IMG/VR virus record: IMGVR_UViG_3300021962_000047
Span: 1 to 64,000 of that record
Reading direction: 5' to 3' (one strand)
DNA: 64,000 nt
Origin: a virus
Shown here: positions 1 through 11,700 of the stretch, piece by piece
Numbering within the stretch: the first letter of the stretch is position 1
How the letters are laid out: each line of letters starts with the position of its first letter
Made by a program: the position numbers and the translations under genes
The notes under the pieces: generated by a model
Told to the model about the DNA's origin: nothing
The model's database searches: none
Seen by the model: only the letters and a program-made list of their open reading frames with translations

Positions 1-1279
1 TACCATACGTTTCAACATCGTTTTTATTATAATATGTATATGTTAAAATTCCAATTTGTGTTGATAGTGCGCAAACTGACAATTCATATGTACCCGCAGT
101 ATCATATTCTTCAAACGTAAGGCTATTGTCACATGCAGTGTAAATTAGATATACTTTACCATCTTGTAATGGGTCTGTATTACCAGTAGCATCATCTAAA
201 TCATCTTGTGTAACTTCAACATTCAAATACTTACATTCACATAATGTTGCAGTTGGAGTAGATACGGGTAAAGTACTTGTTAACGTAGGTGTTGGTGTAG
301 GTGTAGATGTCGATGTTACCGTAGGAGTTGGTGTTGGTGTTGGACATGGAGTTTCACCACATTCTGAAATACATTCCGAGCAACTACCCCACGGACCACA
401 ACCCGCAGTATCACCTACCGCCCATATATAAACATTTGAGGTTGACGATGCACTTAAAATTTCCTGACAACCCATAGGACCTTCAGGTCCACCACTACCA
501 GTAACAAACGAATAAAAACTACCCGTACTTAAAAATAAATCAGTCGATGAAAGAATTTTGGTTTCAGTGTATGGGGTACAACATTCCTTTACATAGTAAA
601 TGTAAGTAGATGGTGTATTAGTTAAAGTTTGTGTTGGAGTAGGTGTCGGTGTTGGGCATGGATTTGAAGATGAACACGATAAACAGTTATCACCAGTAAC
701 ACTGTACGCAGTACCACCAACAGGTCCACCATATGCACTTAAAATTTCATAGCACTCACCACCAATTAATATTGTTTGACCTATAGAATAGTTTCCTAAA
801 ATTAAAACTTGAGTTGTACTACCATTACAACAACTCATAACATTAACCGCGGTCTGTGGGGTTGTTGCCGTAGATGTTACTGTTTGAGTTACCGTTGGTG
901 TTTTAGTTGGAGTTACCGTTGGTGTAGCAGTAAGAGTTGCACTTGGAGTAGGTGTCGGTGTTGGCAAACTTGCAATAGAAGCCGAACAATTGTTTTGTAT
1001 CGGTGATGACGATATACAGTCAGCACAATCCGTATAACCAAAATCACTAAGTAAACCGCCAGTATATGTGTGAGTATAGTTACATACACAAGTCGCAGGG
1101 TGACAACATGCTGACGTTACCTCCCAACAAACACCATTATTATCTGTAAGTATAGTACCCATGGTAGGTAAACTTCCACACCCACTAGGCCATATTAACG
1201 CATTTGTAGGGTCAGCCCCAACAACAATTGAGGTGTTAGAACAACATCTTAAACATATATTATTAGTGACAGTCGCCAT
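1..1279 (-). CDS. Cys-rich, Thr/Pro-linker modular virion (fibre-like) protein, runs off the window start
   Basis: Not in the ORF track. Hand translation from the ATG at 1279 (MATVTNNICLRCCSNTS...) stays open to position 1. It has three CC...C...CxxC...C modules separated by PTPTPT linkers, and TATTTAT lies upstream. Confidence 0.85.
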   Translation of the reverse strand, partial: MATVTNNICLRCCSNTSIVVGADPTNALIWPSGCGSLPTMGTILTDNNGVCWEVTSACCHPATCVCNYTHTYTGGLLSDFGYTDCADCISSSPIQNNCSASIASLPTPTPTPSATLTATPTVTPTKTPTVTQTVTSTATTPQTAVNVMSCCNGSTTQVLILGNYSIGQTILIGGECYEILSAYGGPVGGTAYSVTGDNCLSCSSSNPCPTPTPTPTQTLTNTPSTYIYYVKECCTPYTETKILSSTDLFLSTGSFYSFVTGSGGPEGPMGCQEILSASSTSNVYIWAVGDTAGCGPWGSCSECISECGETPCPTPTPTPTVTSTSTPTPTPTLTSTLPVSTPTATLCECKYLNVEVTQDDLDDATGNTDPLQDGKVYLIYTACDNSLTFEEYDTAGTYELSVCALSTQIGILTYTYYNKNDVETYG

Positions 1280-1305
1280 TCAATTAATTCATTATATAAA
1301 TAACA

Positions 1306-4242
1306 TTACCCACAATGTATCGTTACGTTTATTCCAACATTAAGTTGTAATGTTGAACCTTCAAATCCTCCATTGCAAGCTAAACTTGATACTTTTAACA
1401 TATTCCCATTTATAGTGTAATCTAAACCACTATCAAATAAATAAGACAACTTATCATTTAAAGCATTTTTCCATTGATTATTTGTCGGGTAATCTGATGC
1501 ACCGTACCCTGTATAGAATTGTTCTTGTATTAGAACACTACCATCTAATCTTAAATCAACATACCAATCAGATGTTACAGAATATAAATCACATTGACTT
1601 GTGGTATATCCACTAGATTCTACACAAGAAACTATTTGATTATATAAAATTTGGCTAAACCCTATTGTAGGATTAATTGAGCATTCAACATATTGGTCAA
1701 CACAATCGTATCCAAATAATTGTCCAGTGACTGAACATGGTACACAAGGAATTGGAACTATTTCACAACCTCTCTGTCTTCTCCAAACAACTTTTTGTCT
1801 GTGGAATGCAGAGTTCTCCATCTTCATACCCCCCATCCATATGGTAGATGCCGGTATCATTTGTTCAACAAATCGAATCCAATAATCACCAATACCTAAA
1901 GTGAAATCAATCATCTTTTGATATGTGTATTGATTAGATGGAACATTGATTGCCTGTTGAGATTGTAGATAATCCCAATAAACTTTTTGTAATGTTGGGT
2001 AACCACCAGTTTTTCCATCGGTAATGGTTTGACGGTTTCTAACATTAATCATATTATGATAGAAAGTTTGAGCAAATTCAAAGAATGTTTTTTGTTTTGG
2101 ATTTGGTTGAATTACGGTATTATCAATCCCACCCTGTCCTGTTGTCAAACCTGTTGAAGGTATCGGATAATTTAATCTATTAGACATTACCCAAACATCG
2201 TAAGTTAATCCTTGACCTACGTTTAAAAATAAATCAATATTCTTAGCGTTTAATACTAATTTCTCATCTTCAACCCTATAATAAGCATTGTAAGCTCCAG
2301 TACTCCTTCTTAATCCTGTCGTTTCTACACTCCAAGATTTTAAATTGTCATATACTCTTGTTAAATCAAACCCAACAGTCATATATGGGAATTTTCTAAA
2401 TACATCAAAATATTTTTGACCGTAAGAGTATGGTTCTAAAACTGTTTGGAAGTTAGGGTTTGAACCTGTAAATACCGATGCTGTGATATCAACCTCTTGA
2501 GGTGCCCTATGTTTAGGTGTTTGTTCAAACCAACCTGAACCCTTTTCAAAGAACATATCAACAGTATTAATAGGTGCCTTTGGGTATCCATATTCATCTA
2601 CAGGGTAGTTTAACCTATTAAGATTTATATTATAAATGTTGGCAGTTGTTGTTGTTCCAGTGTATTGAGTACCTTGTATCTTATAGACATTATTTGGGTC
2701 GAGTACCGGAACTATATCACTATATGTACCACCAGTTAATTGAGAGAATTGGTCATCAAATACACTCATATTAATTGGTCCATCCGCAAGATAAATTGTT
2801 TCATTAAATTCAACTAATGCTTGTGGTGCACCAACCATTCTCAATACCGCTTCAATAGATTTTCTTGTACCTTTTGACCTAAATAAGAAACCAGCATTTA
2901 GAATTATTTTTTTATAAAAATCATAATTCAATTCACTCGGTGTCATATCACGAGTATAACCAGGGTAAATTGAATCATTCTTCGTTCCAAATACCGACTC
3001 TAAAAAGTTATCATTAGTAATTGGAGATATATTAGGATTATATCCTAATGTTAATGCTAAATTTTGTAATAATTGTGACGGAATATCATTTCCAGGATTG
3101 TAATTTACCGATGTCATATAAGCCAAAGCATCGATGAATTTTTTAGTTTCATCGTAACTTCTACCATAAACTTGAATTACTTTTTCAACTCTTTGGTCAT
3201 CGGTATCAAAATCTTTAAATGCCCCTGTGATTAAAAATCTACTAATAAGATTTGTTTTCCAATTATCAATTGACTCCGCAATTTGACTTAGGTTATTTAA
3301 ATACGTATCAAAATTAATTGTACGGATATCTAAATTCCATCTACCATCTAAACTCCAAGTAACCGATTCATTGGCAATATAAAATTGACCATTTTCACTT
3401 TCTCTTGGGTATTTGAAAACCGCAGTATATTTTGGTCTAATTAATCTGTTTAATAAAAAATCTTCAACTTCATCAAAAGGTTCATCAAAAGCAACTTCAA
3501 CATAAAAATTATTAGGTCTAATAAGTAATGATTCAGTAGAGGTTGCTCCATTAAATGGATTACCTTTTACAACAATTTGTAAATTACCTGAAGATGATGA
3601 ATTTGTCGGTGTAATATCAACTATTTTATATTCAGTTTCACCTGTTGAAACGAATAAGGCATATTTTAGATATTCATTTGTAAAGTTTCTTAAAGGACTG
3701 TGATTGTATGGTCTTACAGATAAATTTCTATCAGCATTAACCGTATAATCAATATCAAACGGGTTTTTTATACGAGCGACATCAATATCAAAAGTAGTTT
3801 CATCTTCAATTGGGTCGTATGAGATATTTGTAGCAGTATTCCCTGTTGTAAAATCATAATACGTTTTATCTACTTCTAATGCCGCAGGAAAAAAATTAAT
3901 AATTTTTGTTATCGATACTTGAAATCTTTTTTGTAATGAACCATATAATGAAAAGTTTGTTACAACCGAAATGTCATAGTTTGGATAAACTCGATATTGT
4001 TTTGCTAAAATTGCCCTCGCCTGAGCAACATTATCTAAATCTAAAGTTTCTAAAGTAATTGGGTCAGAAAAAACTCCAACATCAAAAGTTCTATTAACTT
4101 TTTCAACTATAGATGTTGTGAATTCAAAATTACCTTGCGTTAGACCCCCACCCGTTACTAATTGCAAGCCGACTAAGTCAGGTGAGAACGTTTGGTCTCC
4201 TGACGGTGGTGCTGGTGGATATCTAAATTTATTACTTGCCAT
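1306..4242 (-). CDS. Baseplate wedge protein (T4 gp7 / P2 gpI-like)
   Basis: 978 aa. LLQNLALTLG...KKIILNAGFLFRSKGTRKSIEAVL matches the gpI/gp7 'KGT' signature. It lies downstream of gp25/gp6-like genes. Confidence 0.65.
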   Translation of the reverse strand: MASNKFRYPPAPPSGDQTFSPDLVGLQLVTGGGLTQGNFEFTTSIVEKVNRTFDVGVFSDPITLETLDLDNVAQARAILAKQYRVYPNYDISVVTNFSLYGSLQKRFQVSITKIINFFPAALEVDKTYYDFTTGNTATNISYDPIEDETTFDIDVARIKNPFDIDYTVNADRNLSVRPYNHSPLRNFTNEYLKYALFVSTGETEYKIVDITPTNSSSSGNLQIVVKGNPFNGATSTESLLIRPNNFYVEVAFDEPFDEVEDFLLNRLIRPKYTAVFKYPRESENGQFYIANESVTWSLDGRWNLDIRTINFDTYLNNLSQIAESIDNWKTNLISRFLITGAFKDFDTDDQRVEKVIQVYGRSYDETKKFIDALAYMTSVNYNPGNDIPSQLLQNLALTLGYNPNISPITNDNFLESVFGTKNDSIYPGYTRDMTPSELNYDFYKKIILNAGFLFRSKGTRKSIEAVLRMVGAPQALVEFNETIYLADGPINMSVFDDQFSQLTGGTYSDIVPVLDPNNVYKIQGTQYTGTTTTANIYNINLNRLNYPVDEYGYPKAPINTVDMFFEKGSGWFEQTPKHRAPQEVDITASVFTGSNPNFQTVLEPYSYGQKYFDVFRKFPYMTVGFDLTRVYDNLKSWSVETTGLRRSTGAYNAYYRVEDEKLVLNAKNIDLFLNVGQGLTYDVWVMSNRLNYPIPSTGLTTGQGGIDNTVIQPNPKQKTFFEFAQTFYHNMINVRNRQTITDGKTGGYPTLQKVYWDYLQSQQAINVPSNQYTYQKMIDFTLGIGDYWIRFVEQMIPASTIWMGGMKMENSAFHRQKVVWRRQRGCEIVPIPCVPCSVTGQLFGYDCVDQYVECSINPTIGFSQILYNQIVSCVESSGYTTSQCDLYSVTSDWYVDLRLDGSVLIQEQFYTGYGASDYPTNNQWKNALNDKLSYLFDSGLDYTINGNMLKVSSLACNGGFEGSTLQLNVGINVTIHCG

Positions 4243-5147
4243 TACGATACTACACTATTGAAATTTTTACTGAAATCGATATTGTCACCTCTATCTTGAC
4301 GAACTTCATACAACAAGTTGTTAAACTCATCACGAACCTCGAACAAGTTGTATTGTCTGTAGATGTTATTATCACTATCATATAATGTGTAGATACCATC
4401 TTCAATACTCTTAGTTTGGTTACCGTAAAGAGCGATTGCCAATGTGTCAATATCATGTTCAGCCATTTCAATATCCATCGTAATTGGATTAAAGTATGTG
4501 TTGGTGATTATGATATTTTGGTTAGGTTGTCCGATAAATGGTGTTGCAGATGGTCTATTAGAAGGAGCACTTGATGGTGAAAGTGTACAGAACAATAAAT
4601 TACTTCCATTTTCTACATACCTATATCTAATACTTTTTTGTGATGAGTTTACCAAATTTGTAACAACAGGCTCACAATAAAAAGAAGAAGTAATAATTCT
4701 AAAGAAATTAGGAATTTTTGTACCATCATTATTTAAGTATTCAACTCTAAACCCAACTAACCCTTGGTTAACAAATTTATTTCTATAAATCGGGTCAACA
4801 TTATTTAGGTCGACAATGATACCTTTAACATTTGGAAGAGCAGATAAAACACCACAATCTGTAATTGTAGTTCTAATTTCAGCAGGACGAATATAAAGTG
4901 TATATATTCCAAGTTGATTGAATTCACTTGCAGGTAATTTTAGATTATATAATCCACCTAAAATTTCATTTATACTTCCTCCTGTATTGTTGTTATTAAA
5001 ATAAGGTGTTAATATGGATGCCGCATCCAATTTTTTTAACACAAAATTTTCAGTCACATCTCTACTCGGAGTGTAAACTAATAAAATTTCTACGTCCTCT
5101 GGGGACATATCGGCTGGTCTTGTAATACCGTAACTTCCTAATGCCAT
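4242..5147 (-). CDS. Hypothetical virion/baseplate protein
   Basis: 301 aa ORF, TAATG-coupled to the next gene, in the baseplate cluster. Confidence 0.6.
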   Translation of the reverse strand: MALGSYGITRPADMSPEDVEILLVYTPSRDVTENFVLKKLDAASILTPYFNNNNTGGSINEILGGLYNLKLPASEFNQLGIYTLYIRPAEIRTTITDCGVLSALPNVKGIIVDLNNVDPIYRNKFVNQGLVGFRVEYLNNDGTKIPNFFRIITSSFYCEPVVTNLVNSSQKSIRYRYVENGSNLLFCTLSPSSAPSNRPSATPFIGQPNQNIIITNTYFNPITMDIEMAEHDIDTLAIALYGNQTKSIEDGIYTLYDSDNNIYRQYNLFEVRDEFNNLLYEVRQDRGDNIDFSKNFNSVVS

Positions 5148-5151
5148 TGTC

Positions 5152-6234
5152 TTATGTTTTGTTTATTTTAAAGAAACCATACCCATAACGGACAAGGTCT
5201 CCAATGTTATCAACTTCTCCCAATCTTTGTAATGCTTCATATGCTGAAAGTTTTCCTCTATCAATAAATATTTGTGATTGTATTTCTGGCGAGGAAACAA
5301 AATCTAATAATACTTCTTGTTTTGTAATTCCACTCGTAACCAGTTCATTTTCGGTTAATCCTGATGATAAAACAAAGAAAACTGTAGTTCCATCCACATA
5401 ATCATAGTAGTCAATATTATTGATTGTGTATGCAGTATATTCAGGTGTCATCTCATTAATTAAACCAAAAACCTGAGCATTTTTAATTATGGGAACATTT
5501 ACCGCATATTTTATAGAACCATATTGTTGTAAATCTTTAATTTGAGATGTTGTATATCCACTAACTGTAAATGGTACTGATGTCCATGTACTTGACGCTT
5601 GACTACTCGCAACATTTTCAGAATCACCCGTAAAAATATAATCATAACTTAAAGGAGTTCCCGCCCAACTTCCACCTTGAGGTGTAAAAGTTATTTCACC
5701 AAATGGGTTTGGAATAGCAGCATCAGTATATGGAACTGTAATTGTTTTAGATACTTGTGTAGTACCCCATGGATTTGTTTGAGTTAGTGTGATTGTAAAA
5801 TCAGACGCAAAAGTATATGTGTGACTTAAATATGATGGTGACGTTTCGTTAATAATTTGAACTGGTGACCCGTCCCCCCAATTTAAAAGATAATTACTTA
5901 ACTGTAAGAAACTTTTAAATTCAGTATCCGAGGTATTATACACATAAATGGTATAATTGTTTGAGGTATCGGCTGAATATAAGAAATTATTAACAACTTC
6001 TTTTTGTAAAATAAAACCATCAAATGGCGTGTAATAACCCAAATCATTAAATGAATCCTTAAACAACACGGGTATAGTTAAACCCGTCAATATACTATCC
6101 CCATTTGTACCCCCACTTAATATTTGGGTCATACCGGTGTAAACACCGAATGTGTTACCATCATATGTTTCAGAAACAATATCATTTTCTAATACACCTG
6201 GAGATATCTTAATATAATACTTTTCAGATTCCAT
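5152..6234 (-). CDS. Virion protein with PKD-like Ig domain
   Basis: 360 aa. LNWGDGSP...HTYT...FTITLT is the PKD WGDG signature. Confidence 0.6.
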   Translation of the reverse strand: MESEKYYIKISPGVLENDIVSETYDGNTFGVYTGMTQILSGGTNGDSILTGLTIPVLFKDSFNDLGYYTPFDGFILQKEVVNNFLYSADTSNNYTIYVYNTSDTEFKSFLQLSNYLLNWGDGSPVQIINETSPSYLSHTYTFASDFTITLTQTNPWGTTQVSKTITVPYTDAAIPNPFGEITFTPQGGSWAGTPLSYDYIFTGDSENVASSQASSTWTSVPFTVSGYTTSQIKDLQQYGSIKYAVNVPIIKNAQVFGLINEMTPEYTAYTINNIDYYDYVDGTTVFFVLSSGLTENELVTSGITKQEVLLDFVSSPEIQSQIFIDRGKLSAYEALQRLGEVDNIGDLVRYGYGFFKINKT

Positions 6235-7040
6235 TATGGGTTAATATATTCATACCATTTTATGGGGTTTGTTGATGTACCAACTCGAACATTAAATAGA
6301 TTTGTAACATCATATTCAAAATTGGCGTAATCAACATTCACCTTATAATAGAAATACTTTGACTTATCAAAATTAAATTCGTTGGGTAACGAAGCTTGTG
6401 GTTCTGTCATCATTCTAATAAAATCACCAGTTTTTGCATTATAAAATTTAGCCGACATATAAAATGTGGTTTCAGTTATATAGGTCGGATTCTTTAACCA
6501 ATACACAAAAAAACCTTCTTTATCACCAACATAATCTAACACGAAGTCAGGTGTTTTAATTTCAACATTTTGTACGGTTAATCCGGTACCAATATTAGAT
6601 GTTACCGTATTACCTTGTTGTGTGGGAATAATAATAGTAGCTCTGATTTCTTGAGTTTCAGTGATATTACTATTATAGAAATCTATTTTAAAGAAACTAT
6701 TTTTAAACGAGTTAGCGAAATAATATATCTCTTTATTCGTAAATGTTTCGGCGGTGTAAGACATAACCCAATCAGATACTGTAGAAGCTGTAACTTGATT
6801 AACCGCAGGTAAAAAGAAAAACTGATAATTAATATCCGTTTGACCTTGTCCGTACATCTTATGAGCATAACGAGTAACTTCAAAATCTTCAGTAGGATTT
6901 ACTATTAAATCTAAAACTTCATTTTCATACACATCAATAGCATCTCCCCTTCCTAACGTATCCCACGTCATTTCAACAGGAATGTTTATCTGTTGTGTTT
7001 GATTAAATTTAGCAAATCTGTAATTATTCACAATCGTCAA
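6234..7040 (-). CDS. Hypothetical virion protein (start may be the GTG at 7031)
   Basis: 268 aa ORF, TAATG-coupled, in the structural cluster. Confidence 0.6.
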   Translation of the reverse strand: MTIVNNYRFAKFNQTQQINIPVEMTWDTLGRGDAIDVYENEVLDLIVNPTEDFEVTRYAHKMYGQGQTDINYQFFFLPAVNQVTASTVSDWVMSYTAETFTNKEIYYFANSFKNSFFKIDFYNSNITETQEIRATIIIPTQQGNTVTSNIGTGLTVQNVEIKTPDFVLDYVGDKEGFFVYWLKNPTYITETTFYMSAKFYNAKTGDFIRMMTEPQASLPNEFNFDKSKYFYYKVNVDYANFEYDVTNLFNVRVGTSTNPIKWYEYINP

Positions 7041-8751
7041 TTATTGGGTCTACTATTATACCTATATTTGGTTGATTTACATTTCTAACAGGTGGGACCT
7101 GCATAAACTGTATCTCTTTAAATGGATAATGGGAATTGTTGGTGAATGGGTGGTCGATACCATAACCTTCATCATCTATATACCCATATGGATATAAATC
7201 TCTCCATCTCCATTGCTGTTCTGTTTGTGAGTAAAATGCATAGTTTGGTATGTTATCAATTTCATCTTTAACTCCAAATTCAACATATGATGAAAAATCT
7301 CTCACTTTAACAGGATGGTGTGGTCTGTATAAATAACCCGATTCAAAGTTTACTGGTGAATTATTGATAAAAAGAATTGGATTATATGAATATTTGTGAT
7401 ACATCGGACACAATAGTGATTCTCTCATATCATATTCATTCCATTCACAAAAATCCCCTTCAATAATATTATCAACATTTAAATTATTATTGTAATAAAA
7501 AGTATTTGAGTTGTATGAATACGACGATGTTGTAAGACCCAAATCTTTATTATTTAAATTTGAACTATCCCACCATTGGTCTACTGAGTTTGTTAGAAAA
7601 TTAAATTCCCAACCAACACTCAAACCAGGGTAATTATTCGCAAATGGTTTGTTAAACCAACCCATATATCCTTTTTGAATTATTGTCACAAATAATTCTC
7701 TAACTGGCATTTTATTATTATCAATTAAATTTGTAATATCAATATCTTTTTCAAAAGAAAATCCCGTCGTCTGACTTCCATTTTTTATTGATGTCCTTTG
7801 TATATTGTTTGGGGTTAAAGCCGAATATTCTAATTTTACTTCATTCTTAAATGGTATATTTTCAAAACCTAATTTAGTTAAAGTATAATCATCAACCGAT
7901 GTTAAAATTTTATGTTTTCTAATGTAATACTTTGATGTAGTTTCACCTGTATTATTAATATCAGTTATTCTTTTTAAAGTTCCCGTGGTTCCATCAGCAA
8001 AACCTGAAGCATATCCAATATTATATATTGAAAATACTTTTAAATCTGAACCAAAATTTTCATCCCCAAATGAATACACAGGAAAATAATCTTTTCCATT
8101 TACTGAAAAAGATAATTTTACATAATCACCTTCAGATAAATTATGATGACATCCACAATAAAAAGTTATTAAAGTTTTACCATTAACTTCCCTATTTTTA
8201 ATTACAAACGGAATACCATCTGATGCGATAAAGTTTACCACACCATTTAATTCTTCATTTTCGTATCTCATGACCTGAGTAGTATCAGAAGAATAAGCGT
8301 AACTTAGATACATAGTCCAATTGTATGTAGACGCACTCTTATTTACAAATGGGATGTGTCCAGGTATACCAGTGGTTCTATAAAATGAAAATTCATCATA
8401 TTGGACATACCCTCTCCAAGCACTTATTTGTGGAGGAGATTGTTGAGCATTTATCGTCTTCGCTTCAATAGCATTTAGATAGTATAAATTATTACCAAAA
8501 GGAACATAATTTGTGTAACCTGAAATACTGTTATTGAATAAATTCGATACCTTACCACTTACCCTGAAAATATTACTTTTTTGTCTTTCTTCGTAAAAAC
8601 GTTCTTCAAGATTTAATAATACCGTTCTATCACCTTCAACTAAATCTCTTTGGTCTCCATTTAGTCCAAGTTGTAAATAAACATCAGTATCCGCAGCACC
8701 CTTATATTGGTCTGACTTCCTAACAATTCTTATATCTGTTGGTTCGCTCAT
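7024..8751 (-). CDS. Hypothetical virion/baseplate protein
   Basis: 575 aa ORF with an ATGA overlap to the upstream gene, aromatic/Asn-rich composition. Confidence 0.6.
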   Translation of the reverse strand: MSEPTDIRIVRKSDQYKGAADTDVYLQLGLNGDQRDLVEGDRTVLLNLEERFYEERQKSNIFRVSGKVSNLFNNSISGYTNYVPFGNNLYYLNAIEAKTINAQQSPPQISAWRGYVQYDEFSFYRTTGIPGHIPFVNKSASTYNWTMYLSYAYSSDTTQVMRYENEELNGVVNFIASDGIPFVIKNREVNGKTLITFYCGCHHNLSEGDYVKLSFSVNGKDYFPVYSFGDENFGSDLKVFSIYNIGYASGFADGTTGTLKRITDINNTGETTSKYYIRKHKILTSVDDYTLTKLGFENIPFKNEVKLEYSALTPNNIQRTSIKNGSQTTGFSFEKDIDITNLIDNNKMPVRELFVTIIQKGYMGWFNKPFANNYPGLSVGWEFNFLTNSVDQWWDSSNLNNKDLGLTTSSYSYNSNTFYYNNNLNVDNIIEGDFCEWNEYDMRESLLCPMYHKYSYNPILFINNSPVNFESGYLYRPHHPVKVRDFSSYVEFGVKDEIDNIPNYAFYSQTEQQWRWRDLYPYGYIDDEGYGIDHPFTNNSHYPFKEIQFMQVPPVRNVNQPNIGIIVDPIIDDCE

Positions 8752-11700
8752 ATCAAGTCCTCATTAAATATATATTTTGTTATGTATTTGTTCATTGCTG
8801 ACTTTCCTATTCTTAAACCAAAATAGAAATGATATGGTGAACCCTCCATAATGTAGGAAGGCATCGTCGGTATTGTGGTTTTAACATTAATAGTAGGGTT
8901 AATACCACCAGTTGATGATGAGTTATATATAAATCCAGGTTTTTGTGTAGTCGGTGTCGATACTTCCGATGGGAAAGTTGGTTGTCCTGAACTTGGTTGA
9001 CCACCAATTAATCTATCAACCCCTTGATAATAAATTGTATTAATTGTCGAGTCGACCGCAGTTTTAGTATTCCAATCATTTAATTGATTACCAAAAATTA
9101 TATTACCATTAGATTGTATCTTCCAAGGGTGATAAGGGACTTGTTGGTCCTCAAACCCATAATAGTTCGTTAAATAGACAATAGTATTATCTGCAAATGT
9201 TGTACGACCAGGTGTTATTAAATCTCGGTTTTCAGTATTACCAGTAAAGAAAATACCTAATACTGGTCCGTCAGAACTTGTTAAATATTTAATGTTTGAA
9301 TCAGTATAATTGTCACCCAAATAAGGTGTAACACCAAATTCAGAATTAATACTCAATAGTTGTGCAATATCACCATCTAATCTACTATTTTCTCTTGAGA
9401 ATAATTTAGAAACTGAACCGTCACCTAAACCAATTAATTGTTCTAAGAAATTAGCATCAGTTAATCTACTAATAACAAATAATTGTAAGATATCTGAAGT
9501 ATCGTTGTAACTTGTAGTTCTAACTTTATCTATGATAAACCCTTCAAAATCAGGATTAAAACAAATTTCTTTGGTGAATTGGTCACGAGGTCCTAAATCC
9601 ATCATAGTTGTAGGATAACCTAACAATCTATTGTTTAATGCTGCACTTACAGGGTATGGGTCACCATTATTCTTTAATGGTGAATTTTTACCGGTAAATT
9701 CAGTACCGTTAAATGGTGAACTTCTATAAAAAAATGAATTATTAGTTTCCTTAAAAACTAAATTATCAATACAATATCTATAAGTTACATCAGTATTAAA
9801 TGTTGCCGCGGAAAATGGTGCAAGATATAATGTGTCTTTTTGGAATGAGAACATATATAAACTACCATTAATCCAGTTATTAACAAAAGTTAATGAAACA
9901 ACATTTCTACAAAGAGCAAACATCATTCTAAAACGACTCTTCCATTCTGCAAATAACTGAACGTCTTTTACGATACCACTAAACCCTGGTTTTTGTACTA
10001 AATAATAACATCCACCATAAATCTTTTTTAGGTCATCTTGTTTGTCAACATAGTAACAATCGTTCGTAGAAATTGCCACACCAAAGTTTTCACCATTACC
10101 TGTATAACATCCTAACGGAACCATAGTTTCACAAGCAAATGTCTGTAAAATTGTTGCTGCCATGTTTCCAGCATCTTCAGCAAAATCATCAGGTGCATCA
10201 TTAAAATTATCAGTACCTGTTGTGTACGTAGGTGTGGGTTGACTACTACTTCCTAAATCCGAAACTTTATATATTGCAAAATCTTTATTTTGATGTAATA
10301 CAAATCTTCTATCATGAACATCAGATGATGGTAATCTTTCTGACCTCATAATCATTCTGGATGTATCAGTCATTGGTAATGTATCACTCGGATATTGAGT
10401 AAAATATGTTGGTGAATAATAAAAATAATCATTTCTATTTGGATTACCACTTCCCCCATTACATAACATCATTGTACCACCTTCAACTACCTCATTATCC
10501 CAATAACCATTAATAAATCCATCTTTACTGTTACCCATATTAACCATCTTATTGGCTGAATTTCTAGTTGCAACAGCGTTATTTACCAAATTAAAGTCAC
10601 TAGAACTTCCCGCGGAACCAGAGCCCACTTTATAGTTATCAGAATCTAAACAAGAATAATCTAAGTGATTTTTAGTGGTATAACTAGTATAATTTGAACC
10701 AACAGTGAAGGTATAACTACCAAAGAACAAATACCCATTATTTGACGAACCATTATTTGTTAATTGATTATGTCTAGGTAACTTCCAATTAGTTGAAGAT
10801 GTGTATCTTTGAATTGGGATATTCATTTTGTAGTTACCCCTAACTTTTGGCCCATTTCCAAATGTTGTACCATATAAAGTCGATAAATCAAAAATTGTAT
10901 CCTGTCTGTCAGTATACATATCAACACCTCTAACTAAGAAAACAACAACATGATTTCTAAATTCAGAATTTAATTTTAAATTAGGATAATTGTTTAAGAA
11001 CTTATCGTCACCACCACCATCAGGATAAATATCAGGATTTGAACCTCCACCCTTTTTGATTCTTTGATACCCCATCAAGAATCTGTTAATGAATTTATTA
11101 TTTGCGGTAACATATCCTGACTCATTAGATGTCGGTGGAGCCCCAAAAGGAGATGCCATATCAATATATGAACCAACGGTAGTTGCCGTAATAACTTGGA
11201 AATATTCAATGTCCGAAGGGAAAACGTATTTATTTTTATTTGTACCCGTAGACCCTGTTATACTATAAATTGTACTACTATTTAACCCTAAGTTACTTGG
11301 GTTCATGTAGTTAACTGTAACATTATAAGAAGAACTTGTTATTGAGGTACCTGTTGTTCCGCCACTAATATTTGGGTCTATAGAACTATTAATATTTTGA
11401 AATGTAATAATACTACCAGCCGTCAATGTCTGTTCACTGTTTGGGTCACAAACAATTGCCATAACATTATCATAGTGAAATTTACCTGTGTTACTATTTG
11501 GGTTAACTTCAACTTTAATTTTATTATATCCACCATTAAGATGGTATTTAGATTTAACATTAAATAAATTTAATCTTTCACCTAACGTTAAATCCCACGA
11601 CCAAGTTTTATAACTTGTATATGGATTACCATCTGGGTCAATATCATCCATAAATGGTGATTTAGTCCAAACATCATTATTTGTACCGTTATCAAAACCT

